Source of the DNA: Bacteroidales bacterium
GTDB taxonomy: Bacteria > Bacteroidota > Bacteroidia > Bacteroidales > G3-4614
DNA length: 33,985 nt
Direction: 5' to 3'
Assembly (NCBI GenBank): GCA_017416695.1
Contig: JAFQBL010000033.1
Span: forward strand, 1-33,985
The notes under the pieces were generated by a model, which was given only the letters and a program-made list of their open reading frames with translations, had not been told where the DNA came from and did not search any database. Positions 15,230 to 26,562 of the stretch are shown piece by piece. The position numbers and the translations under genes were made by a program. Within the stretch, counting starts at the first letter, position 1, and each line of letters opens with the position of its first letter.

Positions 15230-17701
15230 CTACTCTTTAAAATATACCCTCTTAACTCTTGCCGATACTGATGTGAGAACTTCGTATGGGATAGTGCCTA
15301 ATTTCTCGGCAATATCCTCAACTTTGATGTTCTCTCCAAATACTTCAACAATGTCGCCTTCGGCACACTCAATGTCGGTAACATCAATCATGGTAACATC
15401 CATACAGACATTGCCTGTAATGGGGGCAAGTTTTCCGTTAACCCACATTGCTCCACCGCCATTGCCAAGATGACGGTTAAGTCCGTCGGCATATCCAATA
15501 GGTACTGCTGCTATTCGCGACTTTTTGTTTAGTATTCCACGTCTTCCGTAGCCTACTGTCTCTGCCGAAGTGAGTTCTTTAATTTGAAGTATAGTGGTCT
15601 TTAGTGAAGATACGCTTCTTAATCCCTTTACTGAGGGGTGTGGTGCAACACCATACAAACCTATTCCAAGTCTTACGCCCTCAAATTGGTATTGTGTATA
15701 TCTTGATATTCCTGCTGTGTTCAGTATATGGCGGAATATGGGTTTGCCTATGCCCACTTGAAGCGATTCGGCACAGCGACTGAAAGTCTCAATCTGCATC
15801 TCGGTGTAATAGTCAAGATTGTCATCATCGCTACCAGCCAGATGCGAAAAGACAGAACAGGGTGTTAACTCTTTGTTTATGGTAAGTTCTTTAATTAGTT
15901 TAGGCATATCATGAATGGTAAAGCCTAAACTGTGCATACCGCTATCTATCTTTATGTGTATGGGAAAATCGGTTATTCCTTGCGTGCTTGCCGCTTTTGT
16001 TAATGCCTCTAATAGCCTGAAATTATAAACTTCGGGTTCAAGGTTGTATTTGAAGAGGGTGTCAAATGTTCCCATTTCGGGATTCATAACCATAATTGGC
16101 ATTGTGATACCTGCTTTGCGTAACTCTGCCCCCTCATCGGCAACGGCAACTGCTACATAACTGCAACCTGCATCCTGAAGTGTCTTTGTCAGTTCGTATG
16201 AGCCTGCACCATATCCAAATGCCTTTACCATACATATAACTTTTGTATTGGGCAACAACTTTTGTTTGTAGTAGTTGTAGTTGTGGCGTATGGCATCGAG
16301 GTTTACCTCCAGTATGGTTTCGTGTTGTTTAAGCGAAAGGTTATCTGTTATCTCATCAAAATTGAATTTTCTTGCTCCCTTGACAAGTATCAGTTCGCGA
16401 TTGAAATGGTCAGTCTCGCCCGATGATAAAAACTCGGCAGTGGTTCTGTAAAAACTGCTCTCTGCTGGAAATAGTCCGCTGTTCTCTGTTAGTCGGTCTC
16501 CTATACCAACAAATTTATCAATACCCTTCTCCTTTAGTAGTTTTGCAATTTTTGAGTATAACTCAACCTCGTTTGATGATGATTGAAGTATGTCTGAGAG
16601 TATCAGTCTTCTTGTCCCTCCCTCTAATATTGAACGGCGTGAGAGAAAATCGAGTGCAATCTCAAGTGAGTTTATATCTGAGTTGTAAGTGTCGTTTATT
16701 ATTGTGCAGTTGTTCTTGCCCTCTTTAACTTCTAATCGCATGGCAACGGGTTCAATACCCAGCAACCGTTTTGCCGCCTCTTGTGGTGTGATATTGAAAC
16801 AGAAGAGCATAGTGCAAAGAGTGTGAATAGCATTCTCTATTGAACCATCTTCAATAAAGGGTATCTTAAAGTTCTCTTCTTTACCTTTATATATATAGGT
16901 AACTGATGCTATATTGTCTGATTTGGAAATCTCTTTTATGTACAAGGGTGCGGAGGTGTCTTGGCTCGACCATCCTATTAGTTCTCTCTCTGGGTATAAC
17001 CTCTCTATGGCATCTTTTATATTGTTTTGTGATGCGTTGTATATTATGGTTTTTGTCTCTTTGAAGAGTTTTAATTTTTCGTTTAACTTCTCTGTTGTAG
17101 AGTTAAATCCCTCTTGGTGAGCATCGCCAATGCAGGTGAATATTCCTATTGTTGGGGCAATAATCTCGCTTAGAGCCTCCATCTCATGAGGTTGCGATAT
17201 TCCTGCCTCAAATATAGCAAGTGTTGTACGTTGCTCTAACTCCCATACCGATAGGGGAACTCCAATTTGAGAGTTGTAACTGCGTGGTGAGCGGGTTATA
17301 AAAAAATCGGGTTGCAACAGTTGGTTTAACCACTCTTTTACAATAGTCTTGCCATTGCTGCCAGTGATGCCTATCACTGGTATCTTAAACCTCTTTCGGT
17401 GAGCCGATGCTATTTTTTGCAGGGCCTTTATGCTGTTTTTTACCCTAATGATATTTACCCCTTTGAATGTTGAAAATATGGGTAACTCTTGTTCGGTAAC
17501 AAAGTTGCGGACACCTTTCTTGTATAACTCCTCAATAAATTTGTGTCCATCGTTGGTTTTGCTCTTTATGGCAAAAAATAGTGTGTTGGATGGCGATTTT
17601 ATTGAACGGCTGTCGGTTAAAAGCAACGAAATGTTGAGTTCTTCAAAAGGGGTGTCGTTGCAATCCAATAGGGCTGTAATATCTTTTATGGAGTATTCCA
17701 T
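15230..17701 (-). CDS. alr: Bifunctional MurF-like ligase / alanine racemase
   Basis: Mur ligase motifs (TDSR, GITGSNGKT, INDTYNSD) fused to Alr (MVKAFGYG PLP lysine, HIKIDSGM, VRLGIGLYG, IGYADG, GNVCMD); fusion typical of Bacteroidetes. Confidence 0.95.
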   Translation of the reverse strand: MEYSIKDITALLDCNDTPFEELNISLLLTDSRSIKSPSNTLFFAIKSKTNDGHKFIEELYKKGVRNFVTEQELPIFSTFKGVNIIRVKNSIKALQKIASAHRKRFKIPVIGITGSNGKTIVKEWLNQLLQPDFFITRSPRSYNSQIGVPLSVWELEQRTTLAIFEAGISQPHEMEALSEIIAPTIGIFTCIGDAHQEGFNSTTEKLNEKLKLFKETKTIIYNASQNNIKDAIERLYPERELIGWSSQDTSAPLYIKEISKSDNIASVTYIYKGKEENFKIPFIEDGSIENAIHTLCTMLFCFNITPQEAAKRLLGIEPVAMRLEVKEGKNNCTIINDTYNSDINSLEIALDFLSRRSILEGGTRRLILSDILQSSSNEVELYSKIAKLLKEKGIDKFVGIGDRLTENSGLFPAESSFYRTTAEFLSSGETDHFNRELILVKGARKFNFDEITDNLSLKQHETILEVNLDAIRHNYNYYKQKLLPNTKVICMVKAFGYGAGSYELTKTLQDAGCSYVAVAVADEGAELRKAGITMPIMVMNPEMGTFDTLFKYNLEPEVYNFRLLEALTKAASTQGITDFPIHIKIDSGMHSLGFTIHDMPKLIKELTINKELTPCSVFSHLAGSDDDNLDYYTEMQIETFSRCAESLQVGIGKPIFRHILNTAGISRYTQYQFEGVRLGIGLYGVAPHPSVKGLRSVSSLKTTILQIKELTSAETVGYGRRGILNKKSRIAAVPIGYADGLNRHLGNGGGAMWVNGKLAPITGNVCMDVTMIDVTDIECAEGDIVEVFGENIKVEDIAEKLGTIPYEVLTSVSARVKRVYFKE

Positions 17702-17706
17702 TGTTG

Positions 17707-18708
17707 TTATACGTTGTTTATTTTGTTCTTAATATCTTGAATCTCTTGAATCTCTTGCTCTATGTCAATATGTTTATATTTGTTGGCAAAAGTTGTGGCA
17801 TTTTTTAAAAGAGTGTTTAAAAAGGCCTTATACCCTTCGGTGTCGGCACTCATAAGTCTGTGGCTAATTCCTTGTCTTATTTTGCTCCACTCTCTGATTA
17901 TATTAATGGAATCGGGCGAAATAACCTCATTCTCTATTCTCTCCCATATATATTCTACCGCCTTTTTAGAGGGGTGTGCCATATCATCGGCATAGAAACG
18001 ATAGTCGCGAAGTTCATCAAGAACAATCTCGTAAGTTGGCAGGTATGATACTCTCTCTCTGAATCTGTTTTGTATCTCCTCGCACGCAAGAAGCAGGGTG
18101 CTTTTGCTTAAAGAGTTTTCGTGAATACCATCTTTGAGATGTCTGATGGGGCTTACCGTAAGAACTATCTTAATATTGGGATTAACAGCAAAAAGGGTTT
18201 TAAGAGTTGAAGAGAAACACTCTGCAATCTCCTCAACAGAAACCCTCCTTCTTGAAAAGTTTTTTGCTGCAAGTTTATGACAATTGGCAACCACCTTGCC
18301 ACTCTCAACCAACTCATATACCCAAGCCGTTCCAAAAGTGACGAATAGAAAATTGGCACTCTTAAGATGTTGACAGGTGTTTGTCAAACTGCTATTTATT
18401 GTTTGCAGCATATAACTCTTGTTGGTATGAGAAAATGCTGAGTGGTGCGAAAAACTGTGATATAGATTTCCGCTCTTTATTAATTCTAATTCTTGAAACG
18501 GTGTGTTGCTAACCGATCTGTTTATAGCCTCTGCAATTGATAAAGGATTATAAAGAACGCCAAAAGGGTTTACGAGAGTATCAAATTTACTCGCCTTAAA
18601 CACACCTCCAATCTCATCGGCAAAACAGGAACCGAAGAAGATTAATGAATGAGAGTGATTTATTCTCTCTCCTTGCCAATCAAGAGAAACTATTGTCCTA
18701 AAATCCAT
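17707..18708 (-). CDS. GSCFA domain-containing protein
   Basis: Literal GSCFA motif, 'NPFGVLYNP', 'TFGTAWVY', 'VANCHK', 'TVSPIRH', 'DELRDYRFYADDMAHPS'. Confidence 0.92.
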   Translation of the reverse strand: MDFRTIVSLDWQGERINHSHSLIFFGSCFADEIGGVFKASKFDTLVNPFGVLYNPLSIAEAINRSVSNTPFQELELIKSGNLYHSFSHHSAFSHTNKSYMLQTINSSLTNTCQHLKSANFLFVTFGTAWVYELVESGKVVANCHKLAAKNFSRRRVSVEEIAECFSSTLKTLFAVNPNIKIVLTVSPIRHLKDGIHENSLSKSTLLLACEEIQNRFRERVSYLPTYEIVLDELRDYRFYADDMAHPSKKAVEYIWERIENEVISPDSINIIREWSKIRQGISHRLMSADTEGYKAFLNTLLKNATTFANKYKHIDIEQEIQEIQDIKNKINNV

Positions 18709-18764
18709 ATTGCAAAATTATAAAAATAATTTATTAAAAATTACACCAAAATAACTTTTTAAAG

Positions 18765-18772
18765 TAACTTTG
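18765..18772 (+). promoter_or_regulatory. -7 promoter box (TAACTTTG)
   Basis: TAnnTTTG 20 nt before ATG 18793; a divergent box lies at 18713-18720. Confidence 0.55.
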
Positions 18773-18792
18773 TGCAACAAATAAAAATATAG

Positions 18793-19371
18793 ATGAAAAA
18801 TATAATTCTCATATCGTTGTCATTTGTATTTATGCTTCTCGCCCTCTCGTGTCAAAGGGGGGCTGGCACTCAATCGCACACCTCAGCACAGCGAGATACT
18901 ACGCTTGTGTTTGATTTGGATAGTATGCTTATGATTGAAGATTTTGAGAAAGGCTATATTTCAATATATGATATGCCCCCATTCTCTTCATGCTCTGTTG
19001 TGGGAAGTATGGCATATGCTAAGGATTATAATATAGATATCTTTATGATCCCCGAAAGCGACTCGGCATACCTTGTGCTGTCAGAGATGTTTAACAAAGA
19101 TGAAGAGGGTAATCTGCTGTGGAGAGTGACCGATTCGGTTAAGATATACTACCCCATAGGTGCTTCAATAGGTTGGCCTGGCTCAGTTGTAAAAGATGGA
19201 GTTATTGATTATAACCTAATAGCATTGATGCCCGATGATAAGGATTGGATTGATACTGAGGTTTATGATGCCCTTTTGGGTGTGTGGAGTTTGGATGCTC
19301 AAGAAAAAACTATCACACCACTGCCTGTTGAGAATATCTCATGTATTAATGAGTCGTATGGGGTTTATTAG
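18793..19371 (+). CDS. Hypothetical lipoprotein
   Basis: Lipobox ALSC; acidic mature chain ending 'I.CINE.YG'. Confidence 0.7.
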   Translation: MKNIILISLSFVFMLLALSCQRGAGTQSHTSAQRDTTLVFDLDSMLMIEDFEKGYISIYDMPPFSSCSVVGSMAYAKDYNIDIFMIPESDSAYLVLSEMFNKDEEGNLLWRVTDSVKIYYPIGASIGWPGSVVKDGVIDYNLIALMPDDKDWIDTEVYDALLGVWSLDAQEKTITPLPVENISCINESYGVY

Positions 19372-19470
19372 TTAACAAACATTCGTTTGTTGAACTTGCT
19401 CTCGCTCAACAATACACAAACAAGTTTGGTATTGTGTTCGCTTACTCGCAACTTTGTTAGTTTTTAGTAA

Positions 19471-19530
19471 ACTAAGATAACTAAGATAACTAAGATAACT
19501 AAGATAACTAAGATAACTAAGATGACTAAG
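19471..19530. repeat. 9-mer tandem repeat (ACTAAGATA x~6.7)
   Basis: Five perfect units, one variant and one partial unit. Confidence 0.95.
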
Positions 19531-19591
19531 TAAAAATCTTAACTACTCTATTTATACTAACTACCTTAGTAATATTAACCACCTATCAACT

Positions 19592-19684
19592 TTAGTAACC
19601 CTAGTAACCTAGTAATCCTAGTTACCCTAGCCACCCTAGTAACCCTAGTTATCCTAGTTGCCCTAGTTACCCTAGTAACCCTAT
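19592..19684. repeat. Degenerate 9-mer tandem repeat (TAGTAACCC-like, ~10 units)
   Basis: tagtaaccc/tagtaacc/tagtaatcc/tagttaccc/tagccaccc/... Confidence 0.85.
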
Positions 19685-19732
19685 CCAGCCTACTCCCCCC
19701 AGTTTCAACAACTAAAAAAACTTCCTTGAAAA

Positions 19733-19764
19733 TTTGTGTAATTGCCAAAAAAATAGTACTTTTG
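19733..19764 (+). promoter_or_regulatory. Promoter of the ribosomal superoperon (-33 TTTG, -7 TACTTTTG)
   Basis: tttg 19733-19736 and tacttttg 19757-19764, 20-bp spacer. Confidence 0.8.
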
Positions 19765-19907
19765 CGAAGTTTTTAGCGCCAAAAAGTATGCGTATCTCAT
19801 TATATGGTATTGAGTTACAAATAATTAGAACGTATATTTCGAGTAATGAAAACGAGAAGAATTAATTAATATAAGTATAAACAAAACTATTAAAAAAGTT
19901 CTAAAAA

Positions 19908-20291
19908 ATGCCTACAATTCAACAATTAGTAAGAAAAGGAAGGGTAGTTTTGGAGGATAAAAGTAAATCTCCCGCATTAGATTCATGTCCTCAAAGACGT
20001 GGTGTATGTGTGAGAGTTTATACAACAACTCCTAAAAAACCTAACTCTGCTATGCGTAAAGTGGCTAGGGTTCGTTTAACAAACGGAAAAGAGGTTAACT
20101 CTTATATTCCAGGAGAAGGACACAACTTGCAAGAGCACTCTATCGTAATGGTACGTGGTGGTCGTGTTAAAGACCTTCCTGGTGTTCGTTACCACATCGT
20201 ACGCGGTACATTAGATACTGCAGGTGTTGCAAACCGCACCCAACGTCGCTCGAAATACGGAGCAAAACGTCCTAAAGCAGGTAAAAAGTAA
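19908..20291 (+). CDS. rpsL: 30S ribosomal protein S12
   Basis: [10 protein letters not shown]...TTPKKPNSA...[10 protein letters not shown]. Confidence 0.99.
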   Translation: MPTIQQLVRKGRVVLEDKSKSPALDSCPQRRGVCVRVYTTTPKKPNSAMRKVARVRLTNGKEVNSYIPGEGHNLQEHSIVMVRGGRVKDLPGVRYHIVRGTLDTAGVANRTQRRSKYGAKRPKAGKK

Positions 20292-20459
20292 TTAGTTGCA
20301 CGCCTGTAAAAACATTGATGCAACGCCAGAGAAATTAAAACTTAGTTGTAAAACTATTTTCTAGTTTCTTGGATAGGCTGATTCGGTTGAGTAAATGGTA
20401 TTAGAGAATACTGTTGAAGATGTGAAAAGCAACCAAGAACAAGAACAAAAAAAATTAAG

Positions 20460-20933
20460 ATGAGAAAAGCAAAACCAAAGAAAAGGGTCGTATTACCAGA
20501 TCCTATCTTCAGTGATGTAAAGGTTTCAAAATTTGTAAACCACTTGATGTATGACGGAAAGAAGAATACCGCATACACTATTTTCTATTCCGCTCTTGAT
20601 ATGGTTAAATCTAAAATGACCACAGAAGAGACAGCCCTCGAAATATGGAAGAAGGCTTTGGAAAACATTACACCTCAAGTAGAGGTTAAGTCACGTCGCG
20701 TGGGAGGAGCAACATTCCAAGTACCTACGGAAATCCGTCCAGACCGCAAAGAGTCAATCTCGATGAAAAATTTAATATTGTACGCACGTAAACGTGGAGG
20801 CAAAACTATGGCAGACAAATTGGCTGCTGAGATAATGGATGCTTATAACAACCAAGGTGGTGCGTTTAAACGTAAAGAGGATATGCACAAAATGGCTGAG
20901 GCTAACCGTGCGTTTGCTCACTTTAGATTTTAA
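20460..20933 (+). CDS. rpsG: 30S ribosomal protein S7
   Basis: [31 protein letters not shown]. Confidence 0.99.
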   Translation: MRKAKPKKRVVLPDPIFSDVKVSKFVNHLMYDGKKNTAYTIFYSALDMVKSKMTTEETALEIWKKALENITPQVEVKSRRVGGATFQVPTEIRPDRKESISMKNLILYARKRGGKTMADKLAAEIMDAYNNQGGAFKRKEDMHKMAEANRAFAHFRF

Positions 20934-20940
20934 TTGAAAG

Positions 20941-23064
20941 ATGGCAAAAGGAGACGAATTATTAAAATATACCAGAAACTTAGGTATTATGGCGCACATC
21001 GATGCTGGTAAAACAACCACATCGGAGCGTATTCTATTTTACACCGGTTTGACACACAAAATTGGTGAGGTACATGATGGTGCAGCCACTATGGACTGGA
21101 TGGAGCAAGAGCAAGAGCGTGGTATTACTATCACATCTGCTGCAACTACAACTTGGTGGAACTACAACAACGAGAAGTATAAAATCAATTTGATTGACAC
21201 TCCGGGACACGTCGATTTCACCGCAGAGGTAGAGCGTTCACTTCGTATCTTGGACGGAGCAGTAGCAACATTCTGTGCAGTAGGAGGAGTAGAGCCTCAA
21301 TCTGAGACAGTATGGCGTCAAGCAGACAAATATAACGTTCCTCGCGTAGGTTACGTTAATAAAATGGACCGTTCAGGTGCTAACTTCTTTGAGGTTGTAC
21401 GTCAACTTAAAGAGGTATTAGGTGCAAATCCTTGTCCAATCCAAATTCCTATCGGTGCAGAGGAGAACTTCAAAGGAGTTATCGACTTGGTACGTATGAA
21501 AGCCCTATACTGGCCAAATGAGGCTATGGGTGCTGATTACACAGCAGAGGAGATACCTGCAGAGTTACAAGCAGAGGCAGAAGAGTGGAGAGAGAAACTA
21601 TTAGAGTGTGTAGCAGACTTTGATGACGCTTTAATGGAGAAATTCTTCGACGATCCCTCAACTATCACTGAGGAGGAGATAAAAGTAGCAATAAGAAAAG
21701 GAACTCTTGCAATGAAGATGGTTCCTATGACTTGCGGTTCATCATTCAAAAACAAAGGAGTACAAACATTACTTGATGCAGTATGTGCATACTTGCCAAG
21801 TCCAACAGATACTCCATCAGTAGTTGGACACGAGGTTGACAACAAAGAGGTAGAAATTACACGTAAACCTTCATCAGGCGAGCCACTATCTGCATTGATA
21901 TTCAAAATTGCAGTTGACCCATATGTAGGTCGTTTGTGTTTCTTCCGCGTTTATTCAGGAGACCTTGCAGCAGGTTCATATGTATTGAATACTCGTTCAG
22001 GTAAAAAAGAGCGTATATCACGTCTATTCCAAATGCACTCAAGCAAACAAAACCCAAAAGAGGTTATCGGTTGTGGTGATATAGGTGCAGCAGTAGGTTT
22101 GAAAGATGTTCGTACAGGAGATACAATCTGTGCAGAGAACGCTCCAATCGTATTGGAGTCAATGGACTTCCCAGAACCAGTTATCGGAATTGCAGTTGAG
22201 CCAAAAACTCAAAAAGACTTGGATAAACTTGGTCTTGGACTACAAAAACTTGCTGAGGAGGATCCAACATTTACAGTTAAATCAGATGAGGATACAGGTC
22301 AAACAATCATCAGCGGAATGGGTGAGCTTCACCTTGAGATTATCATCGACCGTCTTCGTCGTGAGTTCAACGTAGAGTGTAATCAAGGACGTCCTCAAGT
22401 ATCATACAAAGAGGCAATCACACAATCAGTTGAGTTGCGTGAGACTTACAAGAAACAAACAGGAGGTCGTGGTAAATATGCCGATATGATTGTACGCGTA
22501 GAACCAGTTGACGCTGATTTCGAAGGAAGTTTGCAATTTGTTGATGAGGTTAAAGGTGGTAACATTCCAAAAGAGTATATCCCATCAATTCAAAAAGGTT
22601 TCACAACTGCTATGAAGAACGGAGTACTTGCAGGATACCAAGTTGACCAATTAAAAGTAACAGTAATTGACGGATCATATCACCCCGTTGACTCGGATCA
22701 ATTATCATTTGAGGTTTGTGCAATCCAAGCATTCAAAAAAGCATGTGAGAAAGCAGGACCAACACTTCTTGAGCCAATCATGAAGATAGAGGTGGTAACA
22801 CCCGAGGAGAGCATGGGAGATGTAATCTCAGACCTTAACAAACGTCGTGGACAAGTAGAGGGAATGGAGTCAAGCCGTAGCGGTGCTCGCATCGTAAAAG
22901 CAAAAGCACCCCTTGCAGAGATGTTCGGATATGTAACATCATTGCGTACTATCACTTCAGGACGTGCAACATCAACCATGACATTCTCTCACTATGCCGA
23001 GGTTAGTTCATCAATCGCTAAGAACGTACTAACAGAGGTTAAGGGAAGAGTAGATTTATTGTAG
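20941..23064 (+). CDS. fusA: Elongation factor G
   Basis: [33 protein letters not shown]. Confidence 0.99.
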   Translation: MAKGDELLKYTRNLGIMAHIDAGKTTTSERILFYTGLTHKIGEVHDGAATMDWMEQEQERGITITSAATTTWWNYNNEKYKINLIDTPGHVDFTAEVERSLRILDGAVATFCAVGGVEPQSETVWRQADKYNVPRVGYVNKMDRSGANFFEVVRQLKEVLGANPCPIQIPIGAEENFKGVIDLVRMKALYWPNEAMGADYTAEEIPAELQAEAEEWREKLLECVADFDDALMEKFFDDPSTITEEEIKVAIRKGTLAMKMVPMTCGSSFKNKGVQTLLDAVCAYLPSPTDTPSVVGHEVDNKEVEITRKPSSGEPLSALIFKIAVDPYVGRLCFFRVYSGDLAAGSYVLNTRSGKKERISRLFQMHSSKQNPKEVIGCGDIGAAVGLKDVRTGDTICAENAPIVLESMDFPEPVIGIAVEPKTQKDLDKLGLGLQKLAEEDPTFTVKSDEDTGQTIISGMGELHLEIIIDRLRREFNVECNQGRPQVSYKEAITQSVELRETYKKQTGGRGKYADMIVRVEPVDADFEGSLQFVDEVKGGNIPKEYIPSIQKGFTTAMKNGVLAGYQVDQLKVTVIDGSYHPVDSDQLSFEVCAIQAFKKACEKAGPTLLEPIMKIEVVTPEESMGDVISDLNKRRGQVEGMESSRSGARIVKAKAPLAEMFGYVTSLRTITSGRATSTMTFSHYAEVSSSIAKNVLTEVKGRVDLL

Positions 23065-23087
23065 TATTCAAAAATCATAAACGCGAT

Positions 23088-23399
23088 ATGAATTCAAAAA
23101 TAAGAATCAAATTAAAATCTTACGATCACACATTGGTTGATAAATCAGCTGAGAAGATTGTAAAAACAGTAAAAGCAACAGGAGCAGTTGTAAAAGGTCC
23201 TATACCTCTACCAACACGCAAACGCATCTTTACTGTAAACCGTTCAACATTCGTAAACAAAAAATCGCGCGAACAATTCGAACTTTCATTCTACCGTCGT
23301 TTGATAGAAATAGAAATATTAGATGGTTCGTCAAAAGCAGTAGAGGCACTAATGAAATTGGAGTTGCCCAGCGGAGTTGACGTAGAAATAAAATTGTAA
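23088..23399 (+). CDS. rpsJ: 30S ribosomal protein S10
   Basis: [34 protein letters not shown]. Confidence 0.99.
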   Translation: MNSKIRIKLKSYDHTLVDKSAEKIVKTVKATGAVVKGPIPLPTRKRIFTVNRSTFVNKKSREQFELSFYRRLIEIEILDGSSKAVEALMKLELPSGVDVEIKL

Positions 23400-23423
23400 T
23401 AAACCAATTAATAACAAAAAGAA

Positions 23424-24041
23424 ATGCCAGGATTATTAGGAAAAAAAATCGGAATGACATCCGTATTCAGTGCTGAGGGCGTAAATATGCCATGCACTGT
23501 TATCGAAGTAGGTCCTTGCGTAGTTACACAAATCAAAACCGTTGAAACAGACGGTTATGCTGCAGTACAAGTAGGTTTCGAAGACAAAAAAGAGAAACAC
23601 ACTACAAAAGCAGAAATGGGACACTTTAACAAAAGTGGTGTAACACCCAAGAGACACTTGGCCGAGTTCAAAGGTTTTGAGACAGAGTACAACTTAGGTG
23701 ATGTAATCTCAGTAGATTTCTTCTCAGAGGACGATTATGTTGATGTAATCGGAACATCAAAAGGTAAAGGTTACCAAGGTGTAGTAAAACGCCACGGATT
23801 TGGTGGAGTTGGACAAACAACACACGGTCAACACAACCGCCTTCGTGCTCCAGGATCAATAGGTGCATGTTCATACCCTGCACGTGTATTCAAAGGAACT
23901 CGTATGGCTGGACAAACAGGTAACGCAAGAGTAACTGTACAAAACTTGCAAGTGATTAAAGTTATACCCGAGCATAACCTTTTATTAGTAAAAGGATCTA
24001 TTCCCGGAAGTAAAGGTTCAATCGTAATAATAGAGAAGTAA
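23424..24041 (+). CDS. rplC: 50S ribosomal protein L3
   Basis: [25 protein letters not shown]. Confidence 0.99.
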   Translation: MPGLLGKKIGMTSVFSAEGVNMPCTVIEVGPCVVTQIKTVETDGYAAVQVGFEDKKEKHTTKAEMGHFNKSGVTPKRHLAEFKGFETEYNLGDVISVDFFSEDDYVDVIGTSKGKGYQGVVKRHGFGGVGQTTHGQHNRLRAPGSIGACSYPARVFKGTRMAGQTGNARVTVQNLQVIKVIPEHNLLLVKGSIPGSKGSIVIIEK

Positions 24042-24043
24042 TC

Positions 24044-24664
24044 ATGGAACTTAGTGTATTAAACATCAAAGGCGAGGATACCGGTAAAAAAGTTACGTTG
24101 AACGATACAGTATTCGGTATAGAGCCAAACGAGCACGCAATCTATCTTGATGTAAAACAATTCATGGCAAACAACCGCCAAGGAACACACAAATCAAAAG
24201 AGAGAAGCGAAATTTCAGGAAGTACTCGTAAATTAAAAAGACAAAAAGGAACAGGTGGAGCTCGTAGTGGAGATATTAACTCACCAGTAATGGTAGGTGG
24301 AGGACGCGTATTTGGTCCAGTACCTCGCGATTACAGTTTCAAACTAAACAAAAAGGTTAAAGCATTAGCACGCAAATCTGCGTTAAGTTGCAAATTGACA
24401 GAAAATGCTATAGTAGTAGTTGAGGATTTCTCATTTGAGGCACCAAAAACTAAACAATTTATAGATTTTGCAAAAAATTTGCAAGTTGCTGATAAAAAGT
24501 TACTTTTAGTTTTATCAGATCAAAATAAAAACGTATATTTGTCAGCTAGAAATCTTCCAAAAGCAAAAGTTATAACTGTTTCTGAATTAAACACTTACAA
24601 AATTCTCGATTGCGAGACTTTGGTAATGTTTGAGAGTTCAGTAGCATTAATTAATGAATTTTAA
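24044..24664 (+). CDS. rplD: 50S ribosomal protein L4
   Basis: [27 protein letters not shown]. Confidence 0.99.
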   Translation: MELSVLNIKGEDTGKKVTLNDTVFGIEPNEHAIYLDVKQFMANNRQGTHKSKERSEISGSTRKLKRQKGTGGARSGDINSPVMVGGGRVFGPVPRDYSFKLNKKVKALARKSALSCKLTENAIVVVEDFSFEAPKTKQFIDFAKNLQVADKKLLLVLSDQNKNVYLSARNLPKAKVITVSELNTYKILDCETLVMFESSVALINEF

Positions 24665-24681
24665 TAGAAGGAGGCACGAAA

Positions 24682-24972
24682 ATGGCAATAATAATTAAAC
24701 CGATAGTAACGGAAAAAATGACCAGCATTTCGGAGAAATACAACCGTTTTGGATTTCGTGTAAGTCCCGATGCTAACAAATCACAGATAAAAAAAGCTGT
24801 GGAAGAGATGTACAATGTAACAGTTGTTTCGGTAAACACAATGAACTATAAAGGCAAAAACAAAAGCCGTTATACAAAATCAGGACTTATCGAAGGAAAA
24901 ACTGCTTCATACAAAAAAGCATTAGTTACATTGAAAGAAGGAGATACAATTGATTTTTTTAGCAATATTTAA
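24682..24972 (+). CDS. rplW: 50S ribosomal protein L23
   Basis: IIKPIVTEK, ANKSQIKKAVE, YKKALVTL. Confidence 0.99.
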   Translation: MAIIIKPIVTEKMTSISEKYNRFGFRVSPDANKSQIKKAVEEMYNVTVVSVNTMNYKGKNKSRYTKSGLIEGKTASYKKALVTLKEGDTIDFFSNI

Positions 24973-24979
24973 TTAAACA

Positions 24980-25804
24980 ATGGCAGTACGTAAATTGAAG
25001 CCCACAACACCGGGGCAAAGACACAAGATTATTGGTGCGTTTGATAAAATCACTGCTACCGCACCAGAGAAATCGCTTGTAGTCGGTAAAAAAAGTACTG
25101 GTGGACGCAACAACGAAGGACATCTAACGATGCGTTACATCGGAGGCGGACACAAACGTAAGTACAGACTTATCGATTTCAAGAGAAATAAAGACGGTGT
25201 ACCCGCAACAGTAAAGACAATCGAGTATGATCCAAACCGTTCATCTCGCATTGCACTTCTTTATTATGTTGACGGAGAAAAGCGCTACATAATTGCGCCC
25301 AATGGTCTTGAAGTAGGAATGACAGTAATGTCAGGAGAGAAAGCAGCACCTGAAGTAGGAAACGCACTATTCCTTTCTGATATACCAGTCGGAACAGTAA
25401 TTCACAACATTGAGTTGCGTCCTGGACAAGGAGCAGCGTTGGTACGTTCGGCAGGAGTATTTGCACAATTAACTTCGAGAGAAGGAAAATATGCAATTAT
25501 CAAATTGCCTTCAGGAGAGACACGTAAGATACTTTCAGCATGTAAAGCAACTATCGGAACAGTAGGAAACTCAGACCACGCACTTGAGCAATCAGGAAAA
25601 GCAGGTCGTTCACGCTGGTTAGGACGTCGTCCACGTAACCGTGGTGTTGTTATGAACCCCGTTGATCACCCTATGGGTGGAGGTGAAGGACGTGCATCAG
25701 GAGGACATCCTCGTTCACGTAAAGGTCTTTACGCAAAAGGTCTTAAAACAAGAGCTCCTAAAAAGGCTTCTTCACAATATATTATAGAAAGAAGAAAGAA
25801 ATAA
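24980..25804 (+). CDS. rplB: 50S ribosomal protein L2
   Basis: [24 protein letters not shown]. Confidence 0.99.
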   Translation: MAVRKLKPTTPGQRHKIIGAFDKITATAPEKSLVVGKKSTGGRNNEGHLTMRYIGGGHKRKYRLIDFKRNKDGVPATVKTIEYDPNRSSRIALLYYVDGEKRYIIAPNGLEVGMTVMSGEKAAPEVGNALFLSDIPVGTVIHNIELRPGQGAALVRSAGVFAQLTSREGKYAIIKLPSGETRKILSACKATIGTVGNSDHALEQSGKAGRSRWLGRRPRNRGVVMNPVDHPMGGGEGRASGGHPRSRKGLYAKGLKTRAPKKASSQYIIERRKK

Positions 25805-25827
25805 TTTGATTTGAATAAATAATAACT

Positions 25828-26094
25828 ATGAGTCGTTCATTAAAAAAAGGACCATTTATCAGTGTGAAACTTCAAAAGAAAGTTGACGCAATGGAGGCTA
25901 CCGGAAAAAAATCGGTAATCAAAACTTGGTCACGTGCATCTATGATTTCACCCGATTTCGTAGGACACACTTTCGCCGTTCACAATGGTAATAAGTTTAT
26001 TCCCGTATATGTAACAGAGAACATGGTAGGACACAAACTTGGAGAATTTGCTCCAACACGTATCTTCCGTGGACACGGAGGTAATAAGAAATAA
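25828..26094 (+). CDS. rpsS: 30S ribosomal protein S19
   Basis: [23 protein letters not shown]. Confidence 0.99.
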   Translation: MSRSLKKGPFISVKLQKKVDAMEATGKKSVIKTWSRASMISPDFVGHTFAVHNGNKFIPVYVTENMVGHKLGEFAPTRIFRGHGGNKK

Positions 26095-26145
26095 TTAAAC
26101 CTCCAGGGGAATTTTAAAAACTAATAAAGTAAAAAAGAAAATAAC

Positions 26146-26556
26146 ATGGGTGCAAGAAAAAGAGAATCAGCCGAAAAAAGAAAAGAGGCCTTGAAAGAGA
26201 AGAGCTTCGCTAAGCTGAACAATGTACCAACCTCACCCCGTAAAATGCGTTTAGTAGCAGATATGGTTAGAGGAATGGAAGTGTTCAGAGCACTTGGCGT
26301 ACTTAAATTCTCTACAAAAGAGGCATCGGCAAGATTAGAAAAATTGTTGCGTTCAGCAATTGCCAACTGGGAACAGAAAAACGAACGCAAAGCCGAGAGC
26401 GGCGAACTATACATATCAGAGATCTTTGTAGATGGAGCTGCTATGTTGAAACGCCTACGTCCGGCACCACAAGGTCGCGGATACAGAATCCGTAAACGTT
26501 CAAACCACGTAACCTTGTTTGTTGATACAATAACTAAAAACGAAAATCAAGATTAA
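26146..26556 (+). CDS. rplV: 50S ribosomal protein L22
   Basis: [25 protein letters not shown]. Confidence 0.99.
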   Translation: MGARKRESAEKRKEALKEKSFAKLNNVPTSPRKMRLVADMVRGMEVFRALGVLKFSTKEASARLEKLLRSAIANWEQKNERKAESGELYISEIFVDGAAMLKRLRPAPQGRGYRIRKRSNHVTLFVDTITKNENQD

Positions 26557-26562
26557 TAAGAG

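Noticed and set aside
15230-17701. MurF-Alr fusion as a novelty
   Set aside because: Well-known Bacteroidetes feature
19471-19684. Possible CRISPR array
   Set aside because: Contiguous 9-mer tandem units with no unique spacers; no cas genes in the window
19908-20291. Streptomycin-resistance substitutions in S12
   Set aside because: PKKPNS and RVKDLPG motifs are wild type
23065-23087. Absence of tuf after fusA
   Set aside because: Normal gene order in Bacteroidetes
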